A stretch of DNA of 64,000 bases from Chitinophaga pinensis (GTDB lineage: Bacteria; Bacteroidota; Bacteroidia; UKL13-3). This document shows, piece after piece, positions 55,663-64,000 of this stretch. The stretch covers positions 1,975-65,974 of the forward strand of contig CALRXU020000022.1 in the NCBI GenBank assembly GCA_943372215.1. Reading direction: 5' to 3'. A model generated the notes under the pieces. The model worked only from the letters and a program-made list of their open reading frames with translations. It was not told the origin of the DNA and ran no database searches. A program made the translations under genes and the position numbers. Numbering within the stretch: the first letter of the stretch is position 1; each line of letters begins with the position of its first letter.

Positions 55663-55728
55663 TATGCGGAGAATAATTTTGCTATTCTCCGCATAAAATG
55701 CGGAGAATATTGGTTATAATCTCCGCAT
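55663..55728. promoter_or_regulatory. Two adjacent perfect hairpins built from the same ATGCGGAGA arm
   Basis: Hairpin 1 is TATGCGGAGAATA (55663-55675) / 7-nt loop / TATTCTCCGCATA (55683-55695). Hairpin 2 is ATGCGGAGA (55698-55706) / 13-nt loop / TCTCCGCAT (55720-55728). A fifth GCGGAGA sits at 55819-55825. Confidence 0.6.
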
Positions 55729-55850
55729 ATATTTTTAATCAATAAAAATATATTTTATTATAATTGTTTTATAATCAGTATTTTAATTGTAATTTAGTAG
55801 TTAAAATACGCATTTTTTGCGGAGATTAATTAAATAACCTATTGGTTTTA

Positions 55851-55858
55851 TATCTTTG
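55851..55858 (+). promoter_or_regulatory. Candidate Bacteroidota -7 promoter element (TATCTTTG, consensus TAnnTTTG) for the Fic gene
   Basis: The motif lies 5 nt upstream of the ATG at 55864, so a leaderless or near-leaderless transcript would be implied. This is a motif match only. Confidence 0.3.
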
Positions 55859-55863
55859 TATAG

Positions 55864-56979
55864 ATGCAACGGCTGATATACATACACCAGCAAAAAAAAT
55901 GGCCTCAGTTTACTTGGGATATAGAAGAAGTAATGCCCGCTTTACTGCATAGTAAATTGTTACAAGGAAAGTTATTAGGCAAGATGGAGTCGTTAGGCTT
56001 TAATTTACAAGCACAGGCCACTTTGCAAAACGTAACTTTTGATGTGCTTAAGTCAAGCGAAATAGAAGGAGAAATATTACCGGCCGAGCAAGTAAGGTCA
56101 TCCATAGCCCGAAAGCTGGGGATACACGTAGCGGCTACACCCATAACAGATAGGCGTGTAGATGGGGTGGTTGAAATGATGCTTGACGCAACCCAAAAAT
56201 ATGATGAGCCTCTTACCAAAAAAAGGTTGTCGGCATGGCATATGGCATTATTTCCAAACGGAAATAGTGGCCTACAATATATAACAATAGGCAATTATCG
56301 CAAAGCGGCTGGAGGGCCTATGCAGGTAGTATCGGGTGCAATGGGCAAGGAGAAAGTCCATTTTGAAGCACCTGATGCAGAATTGCTATCAGATGAAATG
56401 AAAGGGTTTCTAAAATGGTTTAATGCTCAGCCCAATACCGATGTGCTGCTAAAGGCCGCAATAGCCCATTTATGGTTTTTAACCATACATCCTTTTGATG
56501 ATGGAAATGGCCGAATGGCAAGGGCTTTAACAGATTTGTTGTTGGCAAGGGCTGATGAAAGCAAGCAACGTTTTTATAGTTTATCCACACAAATACAAAT
56601 TCACAAAAAACAATACTACCAAATATTAGAACGTACGCAAAAAGGTAATCTGGATATAACAGATTGGATACTGTGGTTTTTAAGCTGTTTTAACAAAGCC
56701 ATCACTGAGGCAGATGTGTATTTAAACCAAGTGATGTTTAAAGCAAAGTTTTGGAGGCATTTTGCAGAAACCACTTTTAATCCAAGGCAAGTAAAAATGC
56801 TGAACAAGTTACTTGACGGTTTTGATGGCAAGTTGACATCAACAAAATGGGCCAAAATATGCAAATGCAGCCAAGATACTGCTTTAAGAGATATACAAGG
56901 ATTGTTGGAACAAAAAGCATTGCTCAAAAACAACAACGGGGGGAGAAGCACTGCTTACGAATTGGTTAAAAAACTATAG
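55864..56979 (+). CDS. Fic family protein (AMPylase-type) with an N-terminal inhibitory-helix motif
   Basis: 371-aa ORF with the Fic motif HPFDDGNGRMARAL and the upstream SSEIEG, which matches the (S/T)xxxE(G/N) auto-inhibition motif. Confidence 0.9.
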   Translation: MQRLIYIHQQKKWPQFTWDIEEVMPALLHSKLLQGKLLGKMESLGFNLQAQATLQNVTFDVLKSSEIEGEILPAEQVRSSIARKLGIHVAATPITDRRVDGVVEMMLDATQKYDEPLTKKRLSAWHMALFPNGNSGLQYITIGNYRKAAGGPMQVVSGAMGKEKVHFEAPDAELLSDEMKGFLKWFNAQPNTDVLLKAAIAHLWFLTIHPFDDGNGRMARALTDLLLARADESKQRFYSLSTQIQIHKKQYYQILERTQKGNLDITDWILWFLSCFNKAITEADVYLNQVMFKAKFWRHFAETTFNPRQVKMLNKLLDGFDGKLTSTKWAKICKCSQDTALRDIQGLLEQKALLKNNNGGRSTAYELVKKL

Positions 56980-56981
56980 CC

Positions 56982-59000
56982 CTATTCCAGTTCCTTTTGT
57001 AACATAAACATTTCATCACGTAAACGCGCGGCTTCCATAAAGTCCATATCTTTTGCAGCTTTTAACATTCTTTTCTGCGTCTCTTCAATAGCTTTTTTAA
57101 TTTGGTCTTTACTCATGTATTGCACAATAGGGTCGGCTGCCATGCTCAATTCCTCTGGCTCAATGTAGAAGTGTTGTTCACTGGTGCCTCCTTTTGCATC
57201 TGCCACACGGGTTTGTTTCATAATTTCATCCTTACTCTTAATAACCGTTTTAGGGGTAATGCCATGCTTTAGGTTATAAGCAATTTGTTTGTCTCTTCTT
57301 CTGTAGGTTTCATCAATGGTGCGTTGCATGCTGTCTGTGATTTTATCAGCATACATAATCACATTGCCGCGTTCATTTCTTGCTGCACGACCAATAGTTT
57401 GTGTTAATGATTTGTCATTACGCAAAAAACCTTCTTTATCGGCATCCATAATAGCCACAAGGCTAACTTCTGGTAAATCCAATCCCTCACGCAATAAGTT
57501 TACTCCAATAAGCACATCAAACACACCCAGTCGTAAATCCCGCAGTATTTCTACACGGTCTAATGTTTTTACTTCGCTGTGGATGTAACGGCATTTAATA
57601 TTTAGCTTGGCCATATACTTAGCCAGTTCCTCGGCCATACGTTTAGTGAGTGTGGTAACCAAAACCCGATCACCCATTTTGATGCGTTCATCTACGGCAT
57701 CTAACAAATCATCCACTTGGTTAACACATGGTCTAATCTCAATGGTAGGGTCTAAGAGTCCCGTAGGTCGAATGATTTGTTCCACAACCAAACCTTCACT
57801 CATTCGTATTTCATAATCACTAGGGGTTGCACTCACATAAATAATTTGATTTACCATACTTTCAAATTCATTAAAAGTAAGGGGTCTGTTATCTAATGCA
57901 CTAGGCAATCTAAAACCATAATCAACCAAGTTCTCCTTACGCGCTCTATCACCGCCATACATGGCCCTTACTTGTGGCATGGTGGCATGGCTTTCATCAA
58001 TAAACATTAAATAATCTTTGGGGAAATAATCCAACAAACAAAATGGCCTATCGCCAGGTTTGCGTTTATCCATGTATCGGCTGTAATTTTCTATGCCATT
58101 GCAATAACCCAACTCTCTTATCATTTCCATGTCAAAGTTGGTCCGTTCCTCCAACCGTTTGGCCTCTAAAAATTTTCCGTTATGTTTAAAGTAATCTATC
58201 TGTTCCATCAAATCATCCTGTATTTCCCTGATGGCCCTATTCAGCTGGTCTTTGGGTGTTACATAGATATTGGCCGGAAATACTGCAATATCATTCACAC
58301 GTTCCTGCTGCTTCCCTGATATGGGGTCAATAATAATGATGTCTTCAATATCATTACCGAAAAAAGTAATTCTAAAAGCAAAGTCTGCATACGCTGGATA
58401 AATATCCAATACATCACCTTTTACCCTAAAATTGCCTCTTTTAAATTCAGCCGTAGTTCTGGAGTACAAGCTATCAACCAATGCATAAAGTACGGTATTA
58501 CGCGCAATTTTTTGCCCAACATGCAAACGAATGATGCTATTTTCATAATCGTTTGGATTGCCTGCACCATAGATGCAGCTTACAGATGCCAAAACAATCA
58601 CATCCCTGCGGCCAGAAAGGAGGGAGGAGGTGGTTTTTAGCCGAAGCTTTTCAATCTCTTCGTTAATGGCCAAATCCTTTTCAATGTAAGTATTGCTTTG
58701 CGGAATAAATGCCTCTGGTTGATAGTAATCATAATAAGATACGAAATACTCCACCGCATTGTTTGGGAAAAACTGTTTAAACTCGCCATACAATTGCGCT
58801 ACAAGTGTTTTGTTGTGGCTGATGATAAGCGTTGGCTTTTGCACCTGCTGTATCACATTGGCCATGGTAAATGTTTTACCAGAGCCTGTAACACCCAGTA
58901 GCGTTTGGTGTTTATCGCCTCTTTGGGTGGCTTCTACAAGATTTCTAATCGCTTCAGGCTGATCACCTGTAGGTACATATTCCGAAGTTAAATTGAACAT
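56982..59000 (-). CDS. uvrB: Excinuclease ABC subunit B
   Basis: 672-aa ORF with GVTGSGKTFT, DESH, helicase motifs, and a C-terminal UVR domain (AAKDMDFMEAARLRDE). Confidence 0.97.
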   Translation of the reverse strand: MFNLTSEYVPTGDQPEAIRNLVEATQRGDKHQTLLGVTGSGKTFTMANVIQQVQKPTLIISHNKTLVAQLYGEFKQFFPNNAVEYFVSYYDYYQPEAFIPQSNTYIEKDLAINEEIEKLRLKTTSSLLSGRRDVIVLASVSCIYGAGNPNDYENSIIRLHVGQKIARNTVLYALVDSLYSRTTAEFKRGNFRVKGDVLDIYPAYADFAFRITFFGNDIEDIIIIDPISGKQQERVNDIAVFPANIYVTPKDQLNRAIREIQDDLMEQIDYFKHNGKFLEAKRLEERTNFDMEMIRELGYCNGIENYSRYMDKRKPGDRPFCLLDYFPKDYLMFIDESHATMPQVRAMYGGDRARKENLVDYGFRLPSALDNRPLTFNEFESMVNQIIYVSATPSDYEIRMSEGLVVEQIIRPTGLLDPTIEIRPCVNQVDDLLDAVDERIKMGDRVLVTTLTKRMAEELAKYMAKLNIKCRYIHSEVKTLDRVEILRDLRLGVFDVLIGVNLLREGLDLPEVSLVAIMDADKEGFLRNDKSLTQTIGRAARNERGNVIMYADKITDSMQRTIDETYRRRDKQIAYNLKHGITPKTVIKSKDEIMKQTRVADAKGGTSEQHFYIEPEELSMAADPIVQYMSKDQIKKAIEETQKRMLKAAKDMDFMEAARLRDEMFMLQKELE

Positions 59001-59050
59001 ATGAGTGGTATTGCAAACTTACTAAATAACGTTAACTATTAAAGGAGAAT

Positions 59051-59089
59051 AAACAAAAAGCCCCGACTCAGTGATGAGCCGGGGGCTTT
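59051..59089 (-). terminator. Rho-independent terminator downstream of the OmpA-family gene
   Basis: The minus strand reads AAAGCCCC...GGGGCTTT followed by TTGTTT. The inner part of the loop can extend the stem. Confidence 0.55.
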
Positions 59090-59125
59090 CCGTCCTTATG
59101 AACCCTAACCTATGAAAAGGCTTAA

Positions 59126-60688
59126 TTAATCTTCAAACTCCACCTTCAACTCTACCCTGCGATTTTTGTCGCGTCCAGCTTTGGTGGTATTTGATTGTAC
59201 TGGCATCGTTTCTCCAAATCCTTTTGCTGTTAGTCTTGATGCTTCGATACCTTTACTTTGCAAATACTTTGCCACAGCCTCAGCGCGGGCCTGAGATAGT
59301 GTCATGTTTCCGTCATCATTACCAACATCATCTGTATGGCCTTCAATAACCAAATTGTAAGTAGGGTTTTCTTTGAGTACCTTAACTACTTGGTCTAAAA
59401 TAACATTCGACTGTTTTTTAATAGTTGATTTGCCTGTTTCAAACTGAATACCTTGCAGTGCTTTTTGGAACAATTGTTTTACGGCTGCCTTCACTTCTGG
59501 GCATCCGCCAGTTGCTTCAACTCCAGCAATGCCAGGGCATTTGTCAATACCATCATGTATGCCATCACCATCCGTATCAGGGCAACCTTTGTTGGCTTCT
59601 GTTCCCTTTTTATTAATACACATGTCTTTGGCATCTTCAATACCATCACCATCTGTATCAGGGCAGCCGTTAAATGCTTTCACACCTCCCACTGTCGGGC
59701 ATTTATCTTCGCTGTCTTGAATGCCATCGCCATCTGTATCAGGGCATCCTTCAAAAGCTATAACACCTTTCACATCAGGGCATTTGTCTTTGCTGTTTAT
59801 AATTCCATCGCCATCTGTGTCAGGACATCCTTTTAAGTCGGTTTTTCCGGCTTCTGTCGGACATTGGTCATCTGCATCTGCAATACCGTCTTTGTCGGTG
59901 TCAGGACATCCATTTGTGGCAGCTGTTCCAGCTAATGCTACACACTTGTCCAAATAATCAGCCACTCCGTCTCCATCACCATCAAGTGGACAACCTGTTT
60001 TGTCAACTGCCACATTTGCGGGAGTACCAGGGCATTTATCTTTTTTGTCACTCACACCATCCTTGTCAGCATCTGGTGCGTCACCAATATTTAAGTTTAA
60101 ACCAATGCTATGAATCATCCATGAATCATTTGATGCGCCTATATCCTTTAAGTCTCTCGTATCATCCAACATATAACCATAAGTAAGTTGGTAGAACAAC
60201 GCAATATTATCCGTTAACATAAAGTTTAAACCTGCACCCATATTTAACGTGGTGTTTTTTCCTTCTTTAGTATATTTTCCTAAATGGTTATCTAAGCCAA
60301 TACCAATTAATGCATAAGGTTTAATGATGCTGCTTTTTTCGATAATATAATCGTTGGCAAACTTGTACCTAGCCTGTAGGTTAACATTGTAAAAATCTTT
60401 TGTTTTAAATATCGCATCTTCAGTTTTTTTGTCATATAAACCAACTGAACCATAGCTGCCCATTATTGTTAAATCAAACGACTGTGTCAGATAACGTGAA
60501 AGGTATAAACTGGAAACGCCATTGTTACGCAAGTTAATTCCACTAAAGTTGAGAAAATCGTTTTTAACATCTCCTGAATATTGACTGGTGCCGTAAGATA
60601 AACCAAGTCCCCATTTTTTTTCGGAGGATTGCGAAAAAGCTGCCGATACAATTGTAATTGCAGCTAAAGTGAGTAGAAAATGCTTCAT
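59126..60688 (-). CDS. OmpA-family outer-membrane protein with thrombospondin type-3 repeats
   Basis: 520-aa ORF with an N-terminal barrel, about 7 repeats of GCPDTDGDGI.D..DKCP, and a C-terminal OmpA domain (GHTDDVGNDDGNMTLSQARAEAV). Confidence 0.85.
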   Translation of the reverse strand: MKHFLLTLAAITIVSAAFSQSSEKKWGLGLSYGTSQYSGDVKNDFLNFSGINLRNNGVSSLYLSRYLTQSFDLTIMGSYGSVGLYDKKTEDAIFKTKDFYNVNLQARYKFANDYIIEKSSIIKPYALIGIGLDNHLGKYTKEGKNTTLNMGAGLNFMLTDNIALFYQLTYGYMLDDTRDLKDIGASNDSWMIHSIGLNLNIGDAPDADKDGVSDKKDKCPGTPANVAVDKTGCPLDGDGDGVADYLDKCVALAGTAATNGCPDTDKDGIADADDQCPTEAGKTDLKGCPDTDGDGIINSKDKCPDVKGVIAFEGCPDTDGDGIQDSEDKCPTVGGVKAFNGCPDTDGDGIEDAKDMCINKKGTEANKGCPDTDGDGIHDGIDKCPGIAGVEATGGCPEVKAAVKQLFQKALQGIQFETGKSTIKKQSNVILDQVVKVLKENPTYNLVIEGHTDDVGNDDGNMTLSQARAEAVAKYLQSKGIEASRLTAKGFGETMPVQSNTTKAGRDKNRRVELKVEFED

Positions 60689-60833
60689 ATGTATAATAGA
60701 TTTATGCTCAAATCTACAAAACTAATGACATAGTTTACTTACAGCTAAAGGTTTTTATTGCAATTTGTATGATAAATTGTGGTAAATGCAGTTTAAGCAG
60801 AAGATAGAAAGTGTAAAAAATACACTTATTTGT

Positions 60834-61703
60834 TTAAAGCAGATGTTTTTCTGCGTGATAAGAGGATCTAACTAATGCGCCAGATTCTACATATTTGAAT
60901 CCAATACTTAAACCAAAGGCTTTATAAGCATCAAATTCTTCAGGGGTAATAAACCGCTCTACGTTTAGGTGCATTTTTGTTGGTTGCAAGTATTGTCCTA
61001 AAGTTAACACATCACAACCATGATTAACCAAATCCTGCATCACCTCATGTACTTCATCCTGGCTTTCTCCTAAACCAAGCATAACCCCTGATTTGGTTCT
61101 TAACCCTCTTTCTTTGGTGAGCTTTATCTGCTCAAGACTGCGTTCATATTTGGCTTGCGGGCGCACTTTTCTGTAAAGTCGTTTTACGGTTTCCATGTTG
61201 TGTGAAACCACTTCTGGTTTTTCATCAATAACCTTATACAACAAATCCCATTTTGAAAGGAAATCTGGAATTAGGGTTTCAATCGTGGTATTAGGATTTA
61301 TTTCTTTTACCAAACGAATGGTATCTGCCCATACTTTTGCTCCCTTATCTTTAAGCTCATCCCTGTTAACTGAAGTAATTACGGCATGTTTAACTCCCAT
61401 TAGCTTTATGGCTTCAGCAACACGCATGGGTTCACTTAGGTCATATTCTTGGGCCCTACCGGTGGCAACAGCACAAAAACTGCAACTTCTGGTGCATACA
61501 TTACCCAAAATCATAAATGTTGCGGTACCAGCACCCCAACATTCACCCATATTTGGACAACTCCCGCTTTCACATATGGTATGCAATTTATATTCGTCAA
61601 CTATTTTTCTAACATTTCGGTAGTTTTCACCAGTGGGTAGTTTAACTTTTAACCAACTTGGTTTCTTAACACGAGCTTCTGCTAAAGTGGGTAATTCTAT
61701 CAT
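60834..61703 (-). CDS. lipA: Lipoyl synthase
   Basis: 289-aa ORF with [12 protein letters not shown] and the radical-SAM motif CTRSCSFC. Confidence 0.95.
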   Translation of the reverse strand: MIELPTLAEARVKKPSWLKVKLPTGENYRNVRKIVDEYKLHTICESGSCPNMGECWGAGTATFMILGNVCTRSCSFCAVATGRAQEYDLSEPMRVAEAIKLMGVKHAVITSVNRDELKDKGAKVWADTIRLVKEINPNTTIETLIPDFLSKWDLLYKVIDEKPEVVSHNMETVKRLYRKVRPQAKYERSLEQIKLTKERGLRTKSGVMLGLGESQDEVHEVMQDLVNHGCDVLTLGQYLQPTKMHLNVERFITPEEFDAYKAFGLSIGFKYVESGALVRSSYHAEKHLL

Positions 61704-61704
61704 G

Positions 61705-62466
61705 TTATTTATTGGAACCTATATAAAATCCAAGAAAAAAGGTAAAAATGATGTTTCTGTTTTTTGCTACAGATTCGGCCATCATTGGCAGTTTTTGACC
61801 AAAAACATCGATCACAAAACCTGCTTCAATGCTATTAAAGGCATCTGGGTATTGCCCCCATTCTACCGATAAACTGTTTTTAAAGTGTCCACCAACACGT
61901 ACTGATGTTTCCTCTATACCAGTTGTAAAGGGAGCATTTCCATAAATTAATGATGGTGTGGTGTGTTTATTGGCAGGGTCATATTTCTCTGTGGCTAAAA
62001 ATTCGCTGCCTGTTGGGTCTGTTAAGCTTTTTATAACTTCAATATAAATGGGCTTTAAAAAAACGGTGGTGGCTCCAACCGAATAGTTATAATGTAATGA
62101 AATGGCATTTTTATATTGTCGGTCAGTAATAAAGATGTTTTGGCCATATCCAGTGCGCAAGAAAAAAGCCATGTTTATCCTTCCAGGAGTGTACTTTTTG
62201 GGGTTTTCAGACTGGCCATATATGCGTTCTTCTTTTGGATGTCTTAACCGGGCCAATTCAATTTCAAAGCCATTTTTAACAAGAGCGGTTTTCTGCCATT
62301 GGTATTTGTAGTTTATTCCACCTAGCTCTGCAGTGTTCAGGTTAAATCCAAAAAGCTGCCTATGCCTAAGTAATAAGGTAGGTTCAGCAATGAAATCATT
62401 TTGGGCAAACACCTGCAAGGTAGTCAGCGTAAAAATAAAAAACACCCACTTTGAAGCCGCCATCAT
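61705..62466 (-). CDS. Hypothetical outer-membrane-like protein
   Basis: 253-aa ORF with the signal peptide [16 protein letters not shown]. Its stop lies 1 nt before the lipA start. Confidence 0.45.
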   Translation of the reverse strand: MMAASKWVFFIFTLTTLQVFAQNDFIAEPTLLLRHRQLFGFNLNTAELGGINYKYQWQKTALVKNGFEIELARLRHPKEERIYGQSENPKKYTPGRINMAFFLRTGYGQNIFITDRQYKNAISLHYNYSVGATTVFLKPIYIEVIKSLTDPTGSEFLATEKYDPANKHTTPSLIYGNAPFTTGIEETSVRVGGHFKNSLSVEWGQYPDAFNSIEAGFVIDVFGQKLPMMAESVAKNRNIIFTFFLGFYIGSNK

Positions 62467-62504
62467 GTTTGATTATATTTGAAGAATCAAAACTAGCAAA
62501 AATT

Positions 62505-62912
62505 ATGCAAATATCAGTAGTAAATTATTTAGGAGAGTTAAGAACAAAATCTGCTCATTTGGCAAGTGGCGAAACGGTTATCTCAGATGCCCCACTGGAT
62601 AATAATGGTAAAGGCGAAGCATTTTCGCCAACAGATTTTATGGTAAATAGTTTAGCACAGTGCATGATTACAGTAATGGGAATTGAAGCACGTAGGTTAA
62701 ACGTTGATTTAACAGGGACTATAGCAAGTGTAGGTAAGGTTATGGGTATACAGCCAAGGCGTGTTACGAAGATACAAATAGAGATTAACTTGCCTGAACA
62801 GGCAAAAGATTTTAGTAAAGAACTAGAAACAACAGCACATAATTGTCCTGTTGCCAAGTCAATACATCCTAACATTGAACTAAATGTCCAGTTTAAATAC
62901 GGGAATATTTAA
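62505..62912 (+). CDS. OsmC family protein
   Basis: OsmC/Ohr-like pattern ...GEAFSPTDFMVNSLAQCM...HNCPV. The start was set to ATG 62505. Confidence 0.8.
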   Translation: MQISVVNYLGELRTKSAHLASGETVISDAPLDNNGKGEAFSPTDFMVNSLAQCMITVMGIEARRLNVDLTGTIASVGKVMGIQPRRVTKIQIEINLPEQAKDFSKELETTAHNCPVAKSIHPNIELNVQFKYGNI

Positions 62913-63049
62913 AACAGATTGATGATGTCAATGCTAAATTTAGGGCAAGAACCTTTGCAAGAAGTAAAGGTTAGCGCAACTAATACAAGAGCTGATATAC
63001 AAATTAATTTTTTCATAACAAATGTTATAACGTTGCAAATATAGAAATT

Positions 63050-64000
63050 AATGTACGAAATATTGCAAGATTTGCCTGTTGAAAAGATAAGATTGTTTAC
63101 AAAAGGCTACACTCAGCCCCAGCTTATTGAGTATCTTAAAAAGGAATATGGCAATTTTTACCCCTTTGTGGCCAATCAATTGCAGTTAGTAGGTAAGGCA
63201 AAAAAGAAATTGCCAACATGGGTTGAGTTTGGGTGTTTTTTTACCCCAAAAAGCCTTGAGCAGTGCAGTTCTCCCGCATTGGCAAGCTTTAAAGCAAGTC
63301 TTCTATCTGGGCAAATTTTATTGGATTTAAGTGGTGGGTTAGGGGTTGATGATGTGAGTTTTAGTAAGGTTTTTAACCAGGTGATTTCAATTGACTCCGA
63401 TGAAGAATTGAACCAATTGGTTCGACATAATTTACGTAAACTTCATGTAAAAAATGTTCAACGCATTACAAGTTCAGCAGAAAATTATCTGATTCAACAT
63501 CCGCAAAAAGTAACTGTTATCTATGTAGATGCAGATAGGAGAAGCCATGGACAATCAAAATCTGCATTGTTAAAGGATGCAACCCCTGATGTATTGGGTC
63601 TTATGCCATTATTGTTGAATCAGGCAAGTGAAGTGATGTTAAAGTTGTCCCCATTAATTGATATTACCTATTTGATGAACACTTTTAATCATATTCAACA
63701 TATTTATGTGGCAGGAGTGCAAAACGAGGTGAAAGAGGTATTGGTTTTACTAAACAAAGAAGCATCAACCCAAAAAGAGAACATCACCGCAATTCAACTT
63801 ACCGAGAATGGAGAGGTAGAGTTTAAGGTTAACATGGATGTTGTACCTCAAAATATTGCTGCAACACAAACCGAAGCATGGTTTTATGAACCCTCCAATA
63901 TGGTTATTAAGGCGGGTTTAAGTAAGGAGCTTGCATTGAAATATGGGCTTGTTCTTCCAGCAAAAAACAGCCATTTTATGACTGGGGAGCAGTACATTCA
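63050..64000 (+). CDS. Class I SAM-dependent methyltransferase; the 3' end runs off the right edge
   Basis: Hand translation from ATG 63050 stays open to 64000. It begins MYEILQDLPVEKIRLF... and carries ILLDLSGGLGVDDVSF (SAM motif I) and VIYVDADRR. Confidence 0.7.

Noticed and set aside
59425-60186. Several overlapping plus-strand ORFs with repetitive Cys/His/Ser-rich products.
   Set aside because: They are antisense or off-frame readings of the thrombospondin type-3 repeat region of the OmpA-family gene. The repetition comes from the TSP3 repeats.

Overview
All calls below come from reading the sequence and the ORF track and recognising motifs from memory. No database search was run.

The window looks like a Bacteroidota chromosome segment. 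It has several T9SS C-terminal sorting domains, an XrtF exosortase module, a GLPGLI protein and AT-rich intergenic DNA. Coding density is high and roughly 55 genes are supported.

**Housekeeping genes.** These include pyrB, pyrR, rpsA, fmt, hppA, surE, accA, glf, uvrB and lipA, plus tRNA-Asp(GTC) and tRNA-Ala(GGC).

**Accessory-looking content, in window order:**
- An edge-truncated AAA_13 (PrrC/RloC-type) ATPase.
- An EVE gene, a zeta-toxin-like kinase gene and a 55-aa ORF chained by overlapping stop/start codons onto pyrR-pyrB. Next to them are a RelE/ParE toxin-antitoxin pair and a decayed second EVE 5' fragment.
- An XrtF exosortase module, preceded by a 66-aa candidate sorting-signal peptide and followed by an HTTM-like membrane protein.
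- A membrane pyrophosphatase with a 116-aa, 19-cysteine C-terminal tail.
- A truncated GIY-YIG gene beside tRNA-Asp.
- A 2416-aa T9SS-sorted protein made of a phytase-like domain, three tandem 458-aa PhoX/DUF839-like modules, four choice-of-anchor-D-like repeats and a sorting domain.
- A KirBac-type potassium channel, a receiver protein and an agmatinase-family enzyme on one strand.
- A Fic gene preceded by an array of GCGGAGA hairpins.

No CRISPR array, rRNA, transposase or integrase was seen.

**Best candidates for undescribed biology:**
1. The multi-headed phosphatase-like giant protein.
2. The XrtF, mini-substrate and HTTM module.
3. The EVE-kinase-sORF chain fused to the pyr operon.
4. 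The cysteine-rich tail on HppA.
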